From Octopus sinensis (lineage: Eukaryota): a stretch of DNA of 64,000 nucleotides. Made by a program: the position numbers and the translations under genes. Each line of letters begins with the position of its first letter. Position 1 is the stretch's first letter. Under the pieces are notes generated by a model. It was not told the DNA's origin, searched no databases, and saw only the letters and a list, made by a program, of their open reading frames with translations. The stretch spans positions 5,146,001 through 5,210,000 of the forward strand of contig NC_043001.1 of assembly GCF_006345805.1 (NCBI RefSeq), in the 5' to 3' direction. Below are positions 14,791-28,598 of the stretch, in pieces.

Positions 14791-14924
14791 AAGTCGATCC
14801 ACATACATACCGCCGCAAAACACATACGTCCGATAAACTCACACATACATTGAAGTAATGTCACACACATATATCTTTATGCGCACAAACAAAATATTAC
14901 ATACATATCAACATCATACTAACT

Positions 14925-15228
14925 AGCATCCGTCTGTTACGACGGCGAGCGTTTCAACTGATCAAATCAACGGAACACTTTGCTCGTGAAATTAACGTGC
15001 AAGTGACTGAGCACTCCGCAGACACGTGTACATTTAAAATAGTCCTTAGGGAGATTGAGTGGGACATAGATTGAGACAGGTACTAATCATTTCCAAGCTG
15101 AGTGGTCTGGCGCAACGTGAAGTAAAATGACTTGCTCAAGAATGCAACCCATCGTCGAGAATTAAGATTGCGAGCCTATGATCGTCAGCCGATCACCCTG
15201 ACCACTGAGCCACGTTACTTCACCTCAC
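14925..15228 (-). mobile_element. tRNA-derived SINE, head H2 + body N
   Basis: H2 head followed by gtacacgtgtctgcggagtgctcagtcacttgcacgttaatttcacgagca...ccgttgat...gtcgtaac, shared with 16800-16915. Confidence 0.75.
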
Positions 15229-15354
15229 CATATTCACACGCTTTATCCAAGATCCCTTGATACATTGACGAACTGCTAACAGGCACACACACCACACACA
15301 CACACATACACACACGCACTCATCCACATACATGCTCAAGCATAAAAACACAAG

Positions 15355-15533
15355 ACCCGAAATTTTGGGGTAGGGGAATCTACCTCAGTACGCAACCGGT
15401 ACTTAATTTCTCGATCCCGAAAGGATGAAAGGCAAAGTCGACCTCGACGGAATTTGAAGTCAGAACATCAAGACAGATGAATTACCGCTAAGCTTTTCGC
15501 CCGACCTACTGACGTTTCTGGCAGCTCGCCATC
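15355..15533 (-). mobile_element. SINE family B (ggcgagctggcagaaacgtt head)
   Basis: Minus strand gttctgacttcaaattccgtcgaggtcgactttgcctttcatcctttcgg, homologous to 52838-53048. Confidence 0.85.
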
Positions 15534-15725
15534 GTTAAACAAACTCGCTGTTTGTATAAATAAACCCAATACATAAGCGCCCTCTGTCATGCTCACACTC
15601 ACACGATCGCACATGTCCGACTGATTTTACACACATACATACAACTACAAAGCGACACAACAACACAAACACACGCACACAGACTACACGCATATATACA
15701 TGTACATCTAATAAATTCACACACA

Positions 15726-15889
15726 TAGGCGCAGGAGTGGCTGTGTGGTAAGTAGCTTGTTTACTTTCCACATGGTTCCGGGTACAGTCTACTGCTTGGC
15801 ACCTTCGGCAAGTGTCTTCTACTATAGCCTCGGGCCGACCAAAGCCTTGTGAGTGGATTTGGTAGACGGAAACTGAAAGAAGCCCGTCG

Positions 15890-15931
<42 letters not shown>

Positions 15932-16143
15932 TGTGTGTCTGTGTTTGCCCCCCTAGCATTGCTTGACAACCGATGCTGGTGTGTTTATGTCCCCATCACT
16001 TAGCGGTTCGACAAAAGAGACCGATAGAATGAGTACTGGGCTTACAAAAGCATAAGTCCCGGGGTTGAGTTGCTCGATTAAAGGCGGTGCTCCAGCATGG
16101 CCGCAGTCAAATGACTGAAACAAATAAAAGAGTAAAAAGAGTA
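15726..16143 (+). mobile_element. SINE family A, full length
   Basis: Same head, body and tail as 10125-10530. Confidence 0.9.
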
Positions 16144-16539
16144 TACGTCAGAGAGCCTTGCACCCCCCACACACACACATATATACACGTCTATATACAT
16201 GTAAACGTAAGTACATGAAGCGCATACGAACACATCGCTCCACACATCGGAATGCATTTGTGTACTACACAAAAAAATTACATCCGGGCTACTGTGGTCT
16301 TCTTTACCACCAAATGTTCCTTCGGGTCAACTTTTAATTTTGTCGGAGTAGAGTAAAGACATATCGGAGTTTTTAGCCATCTGATGTCATCACGGAGTTT
16401 GCACTGAAAAGAGCTACGAGGCTTATAGGATCCTAGCTTGCGCATAATGTCCAGGAAGTTCGCTTACAAACATACATATCAACATAGTTACAATCATGCA
16501 TACATACATACAAATATACATACACATGTATGTATATTG

Positions 16540-16915
16540 GCCCAGTGGCCCAGTGGTTAGGGCAGCGGACTCGCGGTCATAGGATCGCGGTTTCGATTGC
16601 TAGACCGGGCGTTGTGAGTGTTTATTGAGCGAAAACACCTAAAGCTCCACGAGGCTCCGGCAGGGGATGGTGGTGATCCCTGCTGTACTCTTTCACCACA
16701 ACTTTCTCTCACTCTTACTTCCTGTTTCTGTTGTACCTGCATTTGAAAGGGCCAGCCTTGTCACTCTCTGTGTCACGCTGAATATCCCCGAGAACTACTA
16801 AGGGTACACGTGTCTGTGGAGTGCTCAGCCACTTACACGTTAATTCCACGAGCAGGCTGTTCCGTTGATTCGGATCAATCCGAACCCTCGTCGTCGTAAC
16901 CGACGGAGTGCTTCA
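16540..16915 (+). mobile_element. tRNA-derived SINE, head H1 + body N
   Basis: cagtggttagggcagcggactc...ggtttcgattgctagaccggg head, homologous to 660-847, joined to the N body gagtgctcagccacttacacgttaattccacgagcaggctgttccgttg. Confidence 0.8.
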
Positions 16916-17779
16916 ACATACACATGTATTTATGTATGTGTGTGTCTGTGTATATGGGTGTCTGTCTGTGTATGTATATGTGAGCACTGTATATAAATTA
17001 CATCTGATATGAATATCCACAAATAAATTTCCAATTATTCAACATACTCATAAAATCAAAAATGTTGTATTTAAAAATAATAACTCAACATGCATATTCG
17101 CTAATTATCTGTCTTACACCGGTTTCATAACAGCATTTTAAATAATTATATAATCTAACAATGTTCAACTACCATTTAAATATTAACTTTTTAATTATTG
17201 TAATTCGTTCCAAGAAAATTTCAACAACACAATATTTTCATATCCATTTCATTCAATTATTTGATAATGCACTTACTTCGCAGATATATATTTAGGAATG
17301 TATGCTTAATTACTCGTGTGGCATGAATGGAAAATGCAATACCTTAATTATTATTCTTAAATTATATTATATAATATAAACCGAAAATTAATGCAATCAC
17401 GAATTTCCGTTAATAAAGATGTGTTATAGATTAAGTTAATATTCACTGACTGATCCTAAAGAGAGGCATACATCATTAGGGACATAATCTTCTGTACACA
17501 CTGAGTCGTTCGCTTCTGTGTCAGTTACGGAGACTTCCAAATGCGGGCGTCAGTAACTGTGAACACGTGTAGGAAGTTAGGTTTTAGGTATACGACTTTG
17601 GCCTAAATCTGATTCCCTTAACTCTCTCTCTCTCTCTCTCTTTCTCTTTCTATCTTTCTGTCTCTCTATTCTACGCTTTTGCAGTATTCTCCACGCAAAC
17701 ACACACATATTCACGTATACACAAACGTATATATAATATATTATGTGTGTGTCTGCACGCGCTCGTGTTTGTGTATAAA

Positions 17780-18990
17780 TACAGGGTACGATGGGGTGAA
17801 TTGTCACATTTTTTATATTTGTAATTTCCCTCATGCGCATTGTTTGCCTTTGATTTTGTCGACTACACAGTATTGTATGTTGAATTAGACACCGTCTGTG
17901 AAAATCTCATTACTATGACGCAATTCAATCTGACAGAAATTTGGAAACGACTTGCTGTTGTTCTGGTAGTTCGCACTGGAACATTTCAGAGTTCATCAGC
18001 TCAATCTGAGGAGAGTGTAGACGATTCAGAAAGACTTGCGTAAGTCTAATGGTAATTACGAAGGTACGGTAGCTCTGAAAACTCAATCTGAACGGTTAAA
18101 TGAGAAAAGATTCCAGAATTTGTCGGTGCGATCCAGACCTTGATTCACAACGAACCTTCCACGTCAATCAGGTCAGGGGAGTGGATGAGTTCCTTACAAG
18201 GCAGGCAGTGCAGGAAGACATTTGGAATTTCCGAGACAAGATGAGAAAGGGCCAAATTCTATGCCAAGCTTTCAAGGACAAGAGGAATAAGCTTTTCAAC
18301 AAACTCAAGTATCTCCACACATCGAACATGGTTTCGTTTTTCTTAGACGAGAACGATTTCTGTCAGGATCAGTTGGTGAATGCAGAGAACAACCGTTGGC
18401 TTGCTGTCTCCCGAAAACTTGTACCGAGAATGAGAAGCAAAAAAAACAAAAACAAAAAACACCCAATCAACATCATGGTGTTTAAAGTGATCTCCCGTGA
18501 TGGCGACGTTATGCTTCCGTTCATTTCCCACACGACCTCAGACTCAAAACAGAAGACTACAACAAGATCCAGGATGAGGTAGTGTTGCTGGAAAATCCTA
18601 TGTCAGGTACGAGAACTCTGTCCCATGCTACACAAGCAGGAGAAATCAGTCATGGCTATCAGACAATTTCTGCGAACACATCTCCCCCGACAGCTGATAA
18701 CCTAACACCCCAGACTGCAACGCCCGCGATTATTATGTGTGGAGCAGAGTTAAGTGAGAGATCAACAAGTCTCCTTGATATACTAAAGATAAACGGATAG
18801 CAAAGTTTATGGCAGCATTCACCAACTTAATAAAGGAGACCACCCAGAAGAGATGGAGAAGATCCCCAAGTCGTCTGGAGGTCGTGGTTGAGACCGATTG
18901 CGATTTTATTGAAGAAATTTATTCTTCAGTATTTGAAGATATTTTGATGTAATTTTGTTGAATATAACTATTAATATGAGATGTCAGTGT
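17780..18990 (+). mobile_element. Decayed DD37D (maT) transposon, most of the transposase
   Basis: ORF 18100-18582 contains FFLDENDFCQDQLVNAENNRWLA and HPINIMVFKVISRDGDVMLPFI; the downstream part aligns with 6400-6860. It starts near TA-cagggt, and I could not find a matching right TIR. Confidence 0.8.
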
Positions 18991-19084
18991 TATTTTCATT
19001 TTAGCTTAATTCAGACGATCTACATACAAATGTATGCATGCATGTATGTATGTATATATGTATGAATGTGTCTATATATATGTA

Positions 19085-19152
<68 letters not shown>

Positions 19153-19439
19153 TATATATATATATATATTGTACAAAGGATCCAGTGTAAAGCCAGAACA
19201 ATGTTATTCACAAGAAAACAAACATGGACCATTGTAGACTTAGTTTGCATTCAATATTTCGGGGTTAATGCATGTTTCAGATGTGTGTGTGTGTGTTTGT
19301 GTGTCTTTGTAGGTAGATAGATGATGCAATTTTAGAAGTTATAAAGTCATCCAGAAATGCTAGATGTCATATTGATTAAGTCATATATAAAGAAACATCA
19401 ATTTGTTTCTTTGAAGCGTTGATATGTATTATAGAAGTA

Positions 19440-19505
19440 TTTAGCATACATGGTAGAGCACTCCAGCCGGATATTGGTGGCGTGTGAGTTCGATCCTCCT
19501 GGCTG
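19440..19505 (+). pseudogene. Isolated tRNA-like remnant or SINE head
   Basis: A-box-like tagcatacatgg and B-box-like gagttcgatcc at tRNA spacing; no complete cloverleaf by eye. Confidence 0.35.
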
Positions 19506-19544
19506 GTTGCCGACAATTCCTTCTGCTCCTAAGACGGATTTTTT

Positions 19545-19621
<77 letters not shown>

Positions 19622-19690
19622 TGTTCAGTATTTTCGTGTTAAGAATATGACTTTCAACGCTTCAAAAAACAATTTTATGTTACATATGAC

Positions 19691-19726
<36 letters not shown>

Positions 19727-20221
19727 CTACACACAAACAAGCAAGCAAGCGTGCACATATTTGAACATGCATATATGCATAAATATAAATGTAAGTATAC
19801 ATGCATAAGTGTATAGAGAGGGATTGGAGTGGTGAGATCGCGACAATGTGAAATCATAATGAATATAATTAAAGCATATATTTACAGGCATTAGTTTTTG
19901 AAGTAGATGAATTGTCAGTGATTAGTAGCGAGGTCCGTATTATATTTGTTTTCAATATTCATTCATTATCAGCAGGGATTAAGGGATGAATAAGTATAAA
20001 GACGCAATAGGTAACGTTAAGTAAGTCTTATGAAATCAGACGTGTGTATGTGCGTAGGTGTGGAGGTCGGCATGTAATGTGCTAAAAATATTATTGAAGG
20101 AACCCATAAAAGTGAAAAACACAGCATAAGGTCAGTTATATTTTGATGTAAGTGTAGGCATATAATGAAAGAAAGACATTATCTATCTATCAATCAAGCT
20201 ATCTATCTGCCTACCTATTTT

Positions 20222-20262
<41 letters not shown>

Positions 20263-20298
20263 ATATTATATATATAAACACACATACACACATATACC

Positions 20299-20362
<64 letters not shown>

Positions 20363-20365
20363 TAC

Positions 20366-20414
<49 letters not shown>

Positions 20415-20939
20415 TACTTACATTCACACATACACACCTACACAAACATATATTCAGTTATTATGCGGAGAACAGCAGATAACGACCTTTCTATTGTTGT
20501 CTGATGCACTGATAGAAAAGAAAAAAAATCACATCCCAGCAGCATGAAGTTCATGTCATTTGATGTTTAATACGTACATATAATAATTTGTCTATTATGA
20601 TACTCTGTTGATTCATAAAGGAATCATGGTCAACAAAGATATGTTATTTACATTATGGGATATTCTTTGGCGCTCACTTGTTTTAGAAATGTACCTGAAC
20701 TCACTGAGGAATTTAAGTAAATTTCATAAACATGCTGTGAATCCAGTGTAATTGAGTTCTCTGGATATATCCTGATCTGTAGACTTAATTTCAGAGATTG
20801 TCAGATGGAATACTACTCTGAAAAATATATACAGGCATAACAATTTCAGGTTATCTCTCTATCTATCTGTCTTTCTGTCTATATGTCTGCCTGTCTGTCT
20901 GCTTGTCTGTCTAACTGGCTGTCTATCTGTTTATCTATC

Positions 20940-20988
<49 letters not shown>

Positions 20989-21028
20989 CACACACACACG
21001 CACACTCATATATATATTCCTATATACA

Positions 21029-21666
21029 CGAGAAAGAAGCAACAAGAATGGATAGGTTTTTAGTACAATCGTTTCATACAAGGACAGGCTTTATTAAAAG
21101 TTGCAAAAATTACAGCATATAAACGTGTCCCGTACTCATCAGCTAAAATACATGTGAGTTCTCTAGACATCCTAGTGGTTGAGGCTATACTCATGAAGAG
21201 ATGTAGATAATTAAGTAACATAAACAGATTTCCAAAGTTCATTAAAGTTCTTTAAAGATGATGTACAGTCTTATCACAGAATTTTAAAAAAGTTTTAATA
21301 GCATCACAGAGAAGGTGACCTAATCCGTAATCCCTCCTCATATCTCTGGAAATTCATATGTGCACTATGGATTAGGTCACCTTCTCTGTGATGCTATTAA
21401 AACTTTTTTAAAATTCTGTGATAAGACTGTACATCATCTTTAAAGAACTTTAATGAACTTTGGAAATCTGTTTATGTTACTTAATTATCTACATCACTTC
21501 ATGAGTATAGCCTCAACCACTAGGATGTCTAGAGAACTCACATGTATTTTAGCTGATGAGTACGGGACACGTTTATATGCTGTAATTTTTGCAACTTTTA
21601 ATAAAGCCTGTCCTTGTATGAAACGATTGTACTAAAAACCTATCCATTCTTGTTGCTTCTTTCTCG
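21029..21666. repeat. Near-perfect inverted repeat: 298-bp arms (21029-21326 and 21369-21666), 42-bp spacer
   Basis: Direct reading shows one mismatch (gaagagatg vs catcacttc). The mirror ORFs 21060..21242(-) and 21453..21635(+) differ by one residue. Confidence 0.97.
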
Positions 21667-21901
21667 CTTATAATCACTCCACATTACTGTATTGTTAAAA
21701 CAGTATAGTTTTTTTTGGTGCATCTAAGTTAGGTACCATATTCAAGTAAATTCATTTAAATTAACTTGAATCTTTATTGCTTTTATTCCTATATACATAT
21801 ATACTCATATACATGTATGTGCGTGTTTGTGGGATTAGTTCCGTTTCATATTTTACCTATATCCGTTTATTTACCTATCAATCAATCAATCAGTCACACT
21901 C

Positions 21902-21940
<39 letters not shown>

Positions 21941-21966
21941 ATTTATATATATATATATAATATATA

Positions 21967-22038
<72 letters not shown>

Positions 22039-22728
22039 CAATCAAATATTACAGTATCGACATTAATCTTAACTGCTGTGACTAAACAACATGTTTACTG
22101 GCGGATTTTCTCAAAGGGAGTCTCTTAGACGGATATCAAAGAATTCATGTATTACTCAATGCACTGGCAATATTGCAGGTCCTATTGGAGACCTATTAAA
22201 CATTACCAGGATTGAATATATTTTAACGAATCCTGTAACAGGGTGATCTAACATCTCTCCAATATATATTACTACTGCATTTGTAAATTATCTCCTGAAA
22301 AATTTATGTAAACTTCAGAACAAATATTTATCACTAAATAATTTATATCGAACAGATAAACCGTATTTTCCATTATAGAAATATCGATTGCATGACTGAA
22401 ATGATGCATCAGCAGATATATAACAGAATTCTGATAGAGCTCTGTATTGTATCCCAAATTCACGCTTGCTGTATTGGTAATCTGATAATTTCTAAGAACC
22501 TGCTCCCCTCGCTGAGCTATGTGGCCAATTGCAGTTCTGTATGAAGTGAAGCTTAAAGTAATTTACATTTTCCTACTCTGAGTAATTAAGCAAGTTTGAA
22601 TTGCAGGAATATTTCTCCCAATAATCAGACAATTATACGAATTATTTAACTTCTTCAGTTTAATTAAAATATTGCAGATACAATTTCCCGTGTTTTGATA
22701 AATTGTTATGGACAATTGATATAAAGAT

Positions 22729-22808
22729 ACACACACAGACAAACACACACACAGACAAACACACACACAGACAAACACACACACAGACAAACACACACAC
22801 AGACAAAC
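22729..22808. repeat. 16-bp minisatellite (gacaaacacacacaca) x5
   Basis: gacaaa recurs at 22738, 22754, 22770, 22786 and 22802. Confidence 0.9.
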
Positions 22809-22861
22809 CACACACATACATGTAAACAATCACATATGTACTTATGTGTATATATGTATGT

Positions 22862-22949
<88 letters not shown>

Positions 22950-23589
22950 GTATATATATATATATATATATCTATATATATATATATATATATACATATA
23001 TATACATGTATATATATATGTATATATATGAGCATATATATGTCTCTCTCTCTCTATATATATATATAATATACTAGATCCAGTAGTTTAGAAATTGCTA
23101 GTCCAGCAATATACACTCAGCCTGAACTCTCATCAATTAAGTGTTAGTGATATATATTAACTTAAATCTGGTACCAGGGAGAGCAGACGAATTGCTTCTA
23201 ATTGGAATTAAATATTACTTTTAGATAGGATAATCTTGTGGCAATTAATAACAATTAAAGCCGAAATTGTGTAATGAAAGGTGCGCTTTATCGGCTGTGT
23301 AATAACTCTTATAACAATGCAGTATTCATTTATTTCTCGTAAGTTGTTAAACAAAAAAAGAAAACGTATTGATATGAAAGGACACGAAATGTTGTCATTC
23401 TTTCTCTCATAGAACACAGGGGCACTCTTGCAATCAGAAACATATACACACACACCTACAAAATACATGCATGCATATATACATACATATATTTATGTGT
23501 GTGTGTGTGTGTATGTGTGAGTGTCTGTGCGTACATACATACATAAAATTTGGGGTTTTGTACCCAGAGTAGATAAGAATATACATAAA

Positions 23590-23748
23590 GGCTTTTACGT
23601 TCTGAGTTCGAATTCCGTTAAGGTCGACGTTGCCTTCCATCTTTTCGGAATCGATAAATTAAGTACTAGTTGCATAATGGGGTTGATCTAATCGACTGGT
23701 CCCCCCCAAAAAAATTTCGGGCCTTGTGCCGAGAGTAGAAAAGAATAT
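23590..23748 (+). mobile_element. SINE family B, 5'-truncated
   Basis: ttacgttctgagttcgaattccg...gatctaatcgactggtccccc...gggccttgtgcc, homologous to 52900-53045. Confidence 0.8.
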
Positions 23749-24107
23749 AAAAGAAAGTTCCATTATAATGATAAGTAAATTCGTTGTTTGCATACACTTC
23801 GAAGCTACATCATAACGAGTAACTACTATATATGTAAATGTGTATTATACTGCGTAACTAATACGAAGTATGATACAAGCTAATAAGATTTATTTGCATT
23901 CAATTTACCAATTCGACAGATTAGTGAACCATTTCTACATAAAAACAGCATAAAAAGTTATACATTACAGTCTTTACTGAATTTGCGCAAATGAGTCATA
24001 TCCGAGCTGTGTTCAGCATCACTGAGGTTTAATAAACTATAAACATTAGAAAAATTCCTATATTATCAGATATAGCTCCAAAAATATGAATTAATATTTA
24101 GACATCA

Positions 24108-24245
24108 TTCAAATTCCGCCGAGGACGACTTTGCCTTTCATCCTTTCGGGGTTGATATATAAGTACCAGTTGCGTACTGGGGTCGATTTAATCGACTGGC
24201 TGCCTCCCCAAATATTTCAGGCTTTGTGCTTAGAGTATAAAATAA
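24108..24245 (+). mobile_element. SINE family B, 5'-truncated
   Basis: ttcaaattccgccgaggacgactttgcctttcatcctttcgggg...aagtaccagttgcgtactggggtcga. Confidence 0.8.
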
Positions 24246-24399
24246 TATTTACTATTCATTTTTTCTTTACTTTTTCCCATAATTGACACCAAATAATTTT
24301 AAAATATTTGAGCATAATTAGATTAAAAGAGGAAAAATGCAGACTAAGCCAAGTACTTCTGAAGTCTTTTTCAGTTTTGCTTTATTTAAATATTCCTAA

Positions 24400-24710
24400 C
24401 GTTCCATCAGTTGTATTGACGACTGTTCTAATCGATCCCATCAACGGAACAGCCTGATCCAGAAGATAAAGTGCAAATTCCTGAGCACTCCATTCATTTG
24501 TGGTCCTCTACGTAGTTCTCAAGCAGGGTCAGTGTGGCACGGAATGTGAGAAAACTGGCCCTTTGACTTATAGGTACAACACAGTTTTGCCAGCTGAGTG
24601 AACTGGAGCAATGTAAAATAAAAGTGTCTTCTTATAGTAAACATCGCGCCGCCGTGAATTGAACTCACGACATAACCATTGCTGACCGAAAACGATAACC
24701 ACTCCTCTTT
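24400..24710 (-). mobile_element. SINE head H2 + body N, degenerate
   Basis: Plus strand has tcaacggaacagcctg...ctgagcactcca (N body) and cagctgagtgaactggagcaatgtaaaataaagtgtctt (H2 head). Confidence 0.65.
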
Positions 24711-24961
24711 CACAGTTAAATGCTAAATAATCAAAATGAAGTTCAGTAGAAACCATGAAAAACTTCAGCTTAAAACAAAAAAAAAGCAAACAGAATAACT
24801 TTTATTCTTCACAGGAAAAAAAAAAAATTCCAGTGATTGGTGAAGATTTCAAATATTCAAATATATTTCCAGAAGTGATTTCAGTTGTTTTCACATCTGG
24901 CTCAATATAAAGCTTTACGTGGTACTAACAGATTATATAACTTATAAGGAATAATATAGAA

Positions 24962-25075
<114 letters not shown>

Positions 25076-25326
25076 TGAGCAGTGTTTGAAATTTCAACTT
25101 TATTCAGCACACATCCATTTAAAATAAACTGTGTTTTTTATACAGATTAAAAACCTTGATAAAACAAGCAGAGACTATAAAATATGTATTTCTATTTCAA
25201 GGTAATTTAATACGTCTACTTCGGTGCAAAATACGTCTGAATATATTTTATGTATTCACGTGTGAAAGTATATCCAATCGTATATAAGGAGTATATAGGA
25301 TATAGTATATAGAATATAGTATATAG

Positions 25327-25722
25327 TAGGCGCAGGAGTGGATGTGTGGTAAGTAGCTTGCTAACCAACCACATGGTTCCGGGTTCAGTCCCACTGCGTG
25401 GCATCTTGGGCAAGTGTCTTCTGCTATAGCTCCGGGCCGACCAATGCCTTGTGAGTTGATTTGGTAGACGGAAACTGAAACAAGCCTGTCGTATATATGT
25501 ATATATATATATATACATATGTATGTGTTTGTGTGTCTGTGTTTGTCCCCCTAACATCGCTTGACAACTGATGCTGGTGTGTTTACGTCCCCGTCACTTA
25601 GCGGTTCGGCAAAAGAGACCGATAGAATAAGTACTGGGCTTACAAAGAATAAATCCCGGGGTCAACTAAAAGCGGTGCTCCAGCATGGCCGCAGTCAAAT
25701 TACTGAAACAAGTGAAAAAGTA
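25327..25722 (+). mobile_element. SINE family A, near full length
   Basis: Same head and tail as the other family A copies. Confidence 0.9.
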
Positions 25723-25727
25723 TATAG

Positions 25728-25772
<45 letters not shown>

Positions 25773-25774
25773 CT

Positions 25775-25813
<39 letters not shown>

Positions 25814-26623
25814 CGCATATACATCTGTGTGTCTGTATTTATGGGTGTGCATACGGTTTTAGTAATTGTGTTGGTATAACAATCCAGTGATTCTCCATTG
25901 ATTCACTCATATCACAAGCACCAGATCAATAGCTCTCACGTTTAGACACAAGACCAACGATTTTCTGTGTGGGGGTAAATCAATTACACCGAATCCAGTG
26001 ATAGATAAATGCATTCTAGTTTTCTTACTGACACTAATCTGACAAAAGACATCCTTTTCAAGAACTCCCACTGATTTTAACGCTTTTCATTCGGTCTTTA
26101 GCTACAAATGCTTCGATATTTGCACCTGGAACTCCAAAAATGTCAACACAAGCAAGGACACACATATTAATTCTACTCTCTCATTCGGTACTTTCGGTTT
26201 CTGAATAACTGATATCTCTGAAACAAGTCTCACACCTGTGAAGGCATCGCGGGATATAGCACGCGCCAATGACTTTAAGAGGTGATTTTAAAGCAAATAT
26301 GCACTTTATAATAGTACGTAGGTTCACTGACATATAATTTACTTGTTCCAATATCCACGAAAAAGAATGTTTTTCATACATCAGGAAACAAGATTGGCAC
26401 TGAGTCATTCCATAATTGATTCTGTGACAATTTGCACTTATCTTTCACTATCCATATCTATCAATAAACAATTTATTGCCCTTGGCTACAGATGAAAAAA
26501 AAGCAGGAAGGATATAACAAATTAATCATGTAATTTGTTGGTGCATGCATAATGTCAGTGTTACTTGCCCTTGTTATTAGTAGATATGCTCTGTAGGAAA
26601 TCAACTGCCCCTTAGCATAATGC

Positions 26624-26741
<118 letters not shown>

Positions 26742-26987
26742 TATATAGATAGATAGAGAGGTAAAGAGAGAGAGAGATGTATAATGAGTAAACAAAACAC
26801 AGAAAGAGAGACAAGAAAAAGCAACAACTCGAGGACATGGTACATGCAAAGTATTAATAAGACGGTCAGAGAAAGAAATAGATGAGTTTTACGCTTCGAG
26901 AAAACCTCTTCTTCAAACAATGCGATATAGAAAAGTCCAAGAGAATATATACATATAAATATATATATATATACGCATACATAAATG

Positions 26988-27023
<36 letters not shown>

Positions 27024-27835
27024 TATGTATATAAACTGTGTATTTAGCTTCAATTCAAAAGTCACATATGTCACTCCAATTTCACGTTTAAAACTTTTAT
27101 TCATTGCATATTGTTTGGAATATATTTTTATGCACCTACACATATAAATACATATCTATGCACATATATGTATATATGCATGCATATATGTATAGATATA
27201 CACGCGTATATACGTTCATATATACATAAGATATACATACTAACGTAACTGCAGCGGAATTAGAGAAGAAAATAACATTTATGAAATATATAAAGGGAAT
27301 GTTGTTTCTTTCCTCGGGTTCTTAATTTGTCTTAAAAATTTATTTGTTTTTTAGCAATATTTTCATTTGTTTCCATTTCGTTTTCTCATAATTCTTTTCA
27401 TTTTGTTTGTTTATGTGTCGCTAAATACTTAATTATAAACAATTCCGTCTGATAAAAAGTCCATTACACTGATCCATATTCATTTTTTTTCACTTCACGT
27501 ATTTCTTCATGGCTTTGGAAAAATTTAAGTTAATATCTTATTTTTTAATTTTCTTGGATATTTCATGAACGAATTTACTTTTTCGACGTTCATTAACGGA
27601 AAGAAACCAAGCATCCGCAGGATATTTAAAACATTTATTTTTTTCATTTTGGTTTCTTCCTACAAAAGGAATTATATGACCACACCAGATACGTGAATAA
27701 CTTTTGATTTACGTATCTTTCCCGATGATATAAGTATCCAAACTTTGAATAATGTCGAATGTAACAATTGTGGAAGAATGCAATAGAGATGGTACAGTTT
27801 CTAGTTGAACTTGTATAATGTCATTGTAAGTTTCA

Positions 27836-27870
27836 CCTTCTGTCAACCTAATAATTAGGTTGACAGAAGG
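27836..27870. repeat. Perfect short palindrome, 16-bp arms, 3-nt loop
   Basis: ccttctgtcaacctaa-taa-ttaggttgacagaagg. Confidence 0.9.
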
Positions 27871-28334
27871 GTTGAATATATATTTGATGGCTTCTTTCAA
27901 ATATACTTTGTTTTCTTATGGGACTACCGTGTATTTGTTTCATTCTGTCTTCAATTGTCCAGGCTTGATGAAATGGCGAAATCTGTCTCATTTTAAGTTC
28001 CGACTGTTGTTCTAAATAAAATGGTACGAAAGACGCCTCTTTAAAATTGATATCCTTGTCCCTGAAATATGTGTTTCTTTAAGTTATATGGAGTACAACT
28101 TTAATTAAATTATGCAAAATCGTTCTGTGATATTTCAGAACAAATATACATCATTCACGTATTCTGAAATTACTTGTAATTGAAATCAAATTTTGACTCA
28201 GTTACTGTCTACAACTTCCATGCGCAATTTGATATTTGGACAGGGATATATTTCATAGAGTTTATTTCTTAATTACTTAAAATAGAATTAAGAATTACTT
28301 GACAATTGATATTGCCTACATACCAATACATTAT

Positions 28335-28475
28335 TTGCATTATTTACATTTGACGGATATTTGTCCTCATTTTGTTTGTTGTTAACACAACGTTTCGGCT
28401 GATATAACCTGCAGCCTTCATCAGGTGTCTTGGGGGACATTTTGAACCTGGGTTCTCGTTTCTATGGTTTTTCGA

Positions 28476-28550
<75 letters not shown>

Positions 28551-28598
28551 CTTTTTTATTATACCAACAAACAAGATGAGGACAAATATCCGTCAAAT
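28335..28598 (-). mobile_element. Penelope-like pseudo-LTR fragment with hammerhead, internal (AAT)n and an inverted copy of its 3' end
   Basis: Hammerhead at 28384-28429(-). 28348-28381 is the reverse complement of 28565-28598 (34 bp, one mismatch). Confidence 0.55.
28384..28429 (-). ncRNA. Minimal type I hammerhead ribozyme motif
   Basis: Minus strand GACAC-CTGATGA-A-GGCTG(caggttatat)CAGCC-GAAAC-GTT-GTGTT. Stem I is GACAC/GTGTT, stem II is 5 bp, stem III is the loopless palindrome ACGT, and the predicted cleavage triplet is GUU. Confidence 0.65.

Noticed and set aside
21060-21635. Pair of near-identical 60-aa ORFs on opposite strands
   Set aside because: They are a by-product of the inverted repeat; there is no recognisable domain or other sign of coding.
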